Of a stretch of DNA of 64,000 nt, positions 59,264 through 64,000 are shown one piece after another. The stretch comes from Bdellovibrionales bacterium. Its GTDB lineage: Bacteria; Bdellovibrionota; Bdellovibrionia; Bdellovibrionales; UBA1609. How positions within the stretch are numbered: the first letter of the stretch is position 1; each line of letters starts with the position of its first letter. A program made the translations under genes and the position numbers. The stretch covers positions 64,001 to 128,000 of the forward strand of contig CBDCMT010000001.1 of NCBI GenBank assembly GCA_965219095.1, written 5' to 3'. The notes under the pieces were generated by a model. It was not told the origin of the DNA and made no database searches. It worked only from the letters and a program-made list of their open reading frames with translations.

Positions 59264-60703
59264 ATGTTATTAATAATCTATATTTTTTTTCCTCTTTTAG
59301 CGGACTTCTCTTTTCATTTGTTCTCTGAGCCCTTTGGACTCGGCCCTTCCTATATTAAACCCTCATCTAGTAATTATCTTGTCAATAACATTTACAGCTC
59401 TCTTTTTCGTTATGACAATTATTTAGGTCTAAGGCCTGAAGGTGCTGAAAAATGCCAATTTTCTCCCTCAGGACTTCAGATCACATGCCAACTCAATAAG
59501 GCCTTCAAATTTAGCGATGGCTCTCCTGTTTTAGCCTCTCACTACGTGAAAGCCTTTAGAGAGCTTATGAGGCCTCACATAAAGAATTCACAAAAACAGC
59601 TTCTCTTAGGACTGAAAGGATTTTACGGCATTTTAAAAGGCTCCCAACCCATAAACCGCTTAGGGGTGAAAGCTCAAGGACCCTATAAACTTTTATTTGA
59701 GCTCGAAATTCCTGACAAAGAGTTTCTTTACCGTCTTATTTCACCCCTTCTTTCAGCTCATAAAACCTTCACCTCTGTTTCGAAAGACAAGGCTTATAAG
59801 CTTATCACCACAGGTCCTTACCTTATCAAGGAATGGAAGAAAGGACAACATGTTCTTTTAAAACCCAATCCCCATTACTTTAAAAAACATCCAAGACCTG
59901 ATGTAAAAGTTTATTTTATTTCCGATAACACTACGGCCTTGAATCTTTATAAAAACCAAACCTTAACCTTTTTAAGACGTGTAGAGACCTCTCAAATCCC
60001 TCAGTTAGGAAAAAGAAAAGACTTTCAGCGAATCCCTATTTTAAGATTTGATTACATAGGTTTTAACAAGGAAATGGATGAGAACTTAAGAAAAGCTCTC
60101 ATCCATTCTATTGATTACAAACAACTTCAAAAGCTCTACCATGCTCGTAAAAGACCAGGCTGTATAGCCCTTTCTTTTGTAGGAGCTAGGAAAGAACATT
60201 GTTATGATTTTAATATAAAAAAAGCAAGATATTTTTTTAAAAAAATCAAGCATCCTAAAAAAACATACTCTCTTTACTTCAGTCGTCTTGGTGGAAAAGA
60301 TCATATGCGTGGCATGCAATTCATACAAAAACAATGGGAAAAAATTTTAAATTTTAAAGTCTCTCTTAAGCCTATAGAGCAAAAATCTTATTTAGAAAGA
60401 CTTAAAACAAAACCTCCTTTTTTATTTAGAAAAGGCTTATCTTTGGATCGTCCCACCTGCAGGGCAGCTTTAGAGATTTTTTTCAAAAATCATCCTGAAA
60501 ATTACATTGGTCTTCAGAGTAAGGAGTATGAAAGTTTTGTAAAAGCAAATCAATGCGATAAAGGGCTTTCTTTTCTCATGAAAAACTATAAACTCATTCC
60601 TATGGGTTCTATAGACTTTAGCATCTTAGCAAGTCCTCAATTTAAAAACTGGAAACTCAACCGTCTCAACCATCTAGACCTTTCAGAACTCATCTCAAAT
60701 TGA
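59264..60703 (+). CDS. Peptide ABC transporter substrate-binding protein (family 5, OppA-like)
   Basis: KFSDGSPV and TTGPYLIKEWKKG...LKPNPHY motifs. Confidence 0.85.
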   Translation: MLLIIYIFFPLLADFSFHLFSEPFGLGPSYIKPSSSNYLVNNIYSSLFRYDNYLGLRPEGAEKCQFSPSGLQITCQLNKAFKFSDGSPVLASHYVKAFRELMRPHIKNSQKQLLLGLKGFYGILKGSQPINRLGVKAQGPYKLLFELEIPDKEFLYRLISPLLSAHKTFTSVSKDKAYKLITTGPYLIKEWKKGQHVLLKPNPHYFKKHPRPDVKVYFISDNTTALNLYKNQTLTFLRRVETSQIPQLGKRKDFQRIPILRFDYIGFNKEMDENLRKALIHSIDYKQLQKLYHARKRPGCIALSFVGARKEHCYDFNIKKARYFFKKIKHPKKTYSLYFSRLGGKDHMRGMQFIQKQWEKILNFKVSLKPIEQKSYLERLKTKPPFLFRKGLSLDRPTCRAALEIFFKNHPENYIGLQSKEYESFVKANQCDKGLSFLMKNYKLIPMGSIDFSILASPQFKNWKLNRLNHLDLSELISN

Positions 60704-60763
60704 AACAATTAAACTTATTCTTAAAAACATCCGATAGAAGTATAAAGCAAAAAAGGAGTTGTT

Positions 60764-60988
60764 ATGCAAAAAAAGAAAAAAAGTAAAAATGAAAAAAACA
60801 ATGTTATACCCTTTCTTCCACAAACATCCTCTTGTCTGACTTGTCATAAAAAGGTAAATCGTATGTATTTTTGTGAAGAACATTTTCTGTGGTTTAAAGA
60901 GGGTTTGATTGATAAAAATGGAAAAAAGCCTAAAGACTTCCAGAAAAAATATACCCTCTTTCTGAAAAAATATAAAAAATCAGCTTAA
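60764..60988 (+). CDS. Small putative metal-binding hypothetical protein
   Basis: AAGGAG RBS; CLTC...FCEEH motif. Confidence 0.6.
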   Translation: MQKKKKSKNEKNNVIPFLPQTSSCLTCHKKVNRMYFCEEHFLWFKEGLIDKNGKKPKDFQKKYTLFLKKYKKSA

Positions 60989-60999
60989 GATTTCCTACT

Positions 61000-63900
61000 C
61001 CTGACTTCGACACAACACACTGCAACAAGTGAATAATTTCAAATAGTTACAATTTTTGGGGCCACAGGAAAGGGTTTTTTAAAGGTCGACAGATGTTGTG
61101 GGAATGAGGCTCATAGAAGAGTTTCTTTTAAGCGAAAAAGCACTATAAATTTCTTCTACTTCCTTTGTACAACCTGAGGGAAGGCGATAAAGTTTTTTCG
61201 TCTTTTTTTCTTCTAAAATACTGTACTGATCTCTTTTTAAGATCTTTCTCATTCTTTCAAAACTTAAATTAAGTCCTGCTTGTTTGAGTTTATAAACCAT
61301 TGTGTAAGAGATCGCATAGGCTAAAAAACAAATGGCAATGTGAGTTTCTATTCTTCTTTTTTTCCAATGATAAACAGGCCTCATCTTTAACGTCGTCTTA
61401 TTCACTCTAAAAGCCTCTTCTATTCTCCAAAGATCTCTGTAATACCAATTACAGAAATTAATTCGACATTTTCATGTTCAAATTTAAAATTTTAAAATTG
61501 ACTTAAGGAAAAGTTTCAGTTAGGAGGTTTTAAAAAAACTTCTTTTAAGGTGAGTTTAAGTTTTCATAAGATAAGTTTATTTCAGGTATATCTATTTGTT
61601 GTGTAAATCGATTGATGGGTTAAAATAAGTGTAAAAAAGTGAGGTTAAAATTTAAAATGACAAAAATCAGTTACACAATTTAATTTATAGGTTCAAATTA
61701 ATTTACAAGCTTGATTCATCTTGTTGTTTTCCCCAAGATCGAGTGCATAATTTTTTAATCCTGCCCTCCTGATCGCAAAAAGTATTCCAGGCCTCACAAC
61801 AAGTATTCAGTATATGGTCATAGTTTTTAAAACATGCATTCGATAATTTGATCCTTCGTAATTGTTGCCAGACTTGTTCCATGGGATTTAATTCTGGACT
61901 ATAAGGAGGTAAAGGCATCAGGGATAAATTCTTAGGAACTATCAAAGTCTCTGTGGTATGCCAACTGGCTCTGTCCATTAAAACAATTCCATGATAGTTT
62001 TCTTGAATATTTTTAGATATCTCATCTAAGTGAATTTGCATCATCCCTGAATTACATTCCGGTAAAATCCAAGCACAGCCTTTATCTCTATCCGGACAAA
62101 CTGCTCCAAAAATATAAGTGGATAAAAATTGTCTTTGCCTCACAACTCTAGGCCGTGTGCCTTTTCTTGCCCAAATCCTACTCAAAGAACCTTGCTGAGC
62201 TTATTCTGCATTCATCCTGCCACCAAATCTCTATTTTATTAGTCTGAATCTTTTCCTTTATTTTCTCCACCTCTTCTGGAAAATGTTCCTTAAACTGTTC
62301 CATAGCTTCTTAATGAACTTTTAGGATGAAGAGAACGACCACTGATCCATACAATATTAAGGCGGTCTAAAGAAACATAAACCCCAGAAAGAGAATAGCA
62401 ACAGTCAAATTCATCTGCTAAAAGTTTCTGTATTTCCTTTGCTCCTATGCTTCCTCCCTCTCTTTTGTCTTGAATTTCATCTAACTTGATTTTGAACCTC
62501 TCCTCTTCTGTCACTGGCAAACGAGGCTTGCGTCCTCTGCCTTCTCGATCTATCAATCCCTCGTAATCAAAGTCTACAAAAAAAGACTGTAACCAGGATT
62601 TGATACTGTGACGGTGATACAAAACCATACCTGCTGTTTCTTGAATCGATTTTCCTTCTTGCATATGCTGCAAAGCCAATAATTTTGTCTTGATGTTGGC
62701 ACTTCTTTCCACTTTGTAAGTAGCCAGAAAATTATACCCTTGAATCTGTGTAACTAAATCTTTTTTCGACATGACTCTAAAAATTTAACAGAGTTTTATC
62801 AAAAAGCCAGGACGCAATGCGTTAAAAAAATGTCGAATTAATTTTTGGAAATGGTATAACGACTTAAAAGCTCACTGGCTGTCTTGTTTTGAACATTTGT
62901 TATAATTCCGTGAAGACCGTCCCACAAAGCTTCTTTTTCTATTTTCTCCTCATCTATGGTCACTTTCACATTGTCAACTTTAATAAAACGTTTGGTCCCA
63001 TGATTGGAGATCAACTGACTCACAGGAATCTCCTTGTTTCTTACTTTCTTCATCAAACGATTGATCAAACGCTCTCTTTGATTTTGATCTCTTTTGGCTC
63101 TTTTGTTCGAATAACTAACTATCAATCTTTTTCCTTCATGCTCTAGCTCTTTCACCCAAAAAAGATGAGACGTATCACAAGCCATTTGGCTGGGCTTATA
63201 GTTTTTATGACTTAAAACCTCTTCTTTTTTCTTGCTAGAAAGGGATTTTAACTTTGCAGCCACAACATACTCTATCCCCATCTTATCCATAGTCTCTAAA
63301 TTCTTTCTTACAAACATAGCTCTATCAGCTACTAAAACAGCTCTTCTTACATTAAAACGAGTCTTTAGCTTATTTATAGACTCTACCAGTGTAGCCCCCT
63401 CACTTGTATTGCCCGGAAAAAGTTCATAGCTTATAGGATGGCCTTGTGAGTTTGTCATAAGTGCCAAAACAACCTGTGTCTCTTTAAATTTACAATCTTT
63501 ACTAAAACCAAACCTGCGAATCTCATCCTCTGAAAAGCTCTCAAAATACAAGCTCCTCACATCATAAAGCAAAACATCCACCTCATGGTTAAACAAAGAC
63601 AAGGTGTTCTCAGATACCTTTTTCTTCGAGGTCTCAATAAAAGGATAAAAACGATCCATAGCCCTATAAACTTTCTCTAAAGGAATCTGTCGGTTAAAAT
63701 CTTCAAAAAGTGTTTCTACACTACCTCTTTTTGATTCTGGATTAAAAACTCTTGATAAAACACAGTGCTTTAAAATATCATTCCACTCTAAATCTTTCTT
63801 TGTACCCTCAATCAAATTTACAAAACCTAACTCAGCATAAAGCTCATTAAAAACTTTCTCAATACCACAAACAACACGCTTTTTCTCCTCTAAAATACTG

Positions 63901-64000
63901 CCTGAAAACTGGAAATCTTTCTCACTCTTTTTTTTCTTCTCTTTCTTCTTCTTCTCCTTAGGCCTTTTACCATAAACTAGCTTCTCACAACCTGGAAGCA
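61000..64000 (-). mobile_element. IS1634-family element (type B) interrupted by IS630; runs off the window
   Basis: LYDVRSLYFE, GFSKD and VADRAM motifs. Removing IS630 and one TAA restores SRY|RDLWRIEEAFR...MRPVYHW. Confidence 0.9.
61443..62856 (-). mobile_element. IS630-family element, second copy
   Basis: TIRs TACC...GGTA flanked by TAA on both sides; same two frameshifts as 57134-58540. Confidence 0.92.

Overview
AT-rich bacterial chromosomal window. It is most likely from a Bdellovibrionota/Oligoflexia-like organism; this is inferred from a TIGR02147-type gene, a FabMG-like enoyl reductase, a Bdellovibrio-like dif site and many secreted hypothetical proteins. The window is heavily invaded by insertion sequences (IS66, IS30, two IS1634 types, IS256, ISL3, IS481, IS630, and IS3 and IS200/605 scraps), mostly nested, truncated or frameshifted. 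Several housekeeping genes are broken (speA, trpS, a FabMG-like gene, a cation/H+ antiporter; pstC has a homopolymer frameshift). Apparently intact content includes tRNA-Asn, a stand-alone Zn-independent rpsN, pstS/pstA/pstB, an OppA-like binding protein, an S8 protease, an HTH + nucleotidyltransferase pair, and DUF547, MipA and pentapeptide proteins. The most striking biology is three families of recently duplicated secreted proteins with near-identical scaffolds and focal variability: two ~1000-aa proteins each frameshifted at a different homopolymer; two constant-N/repeat-stalk/variable Cys-rich-tip proteins in a TIGR02147-led cluster; and three tandem S41 proteases beside a dif-like site, one carrying an in-frame (AG)24 tract. 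Two perfect inverted copies (1500 bp and 232 bp) replace local sequence and may be amplification or assembly chimeras. No CRISPR array, reverse transcriptase or rRNA was seen.
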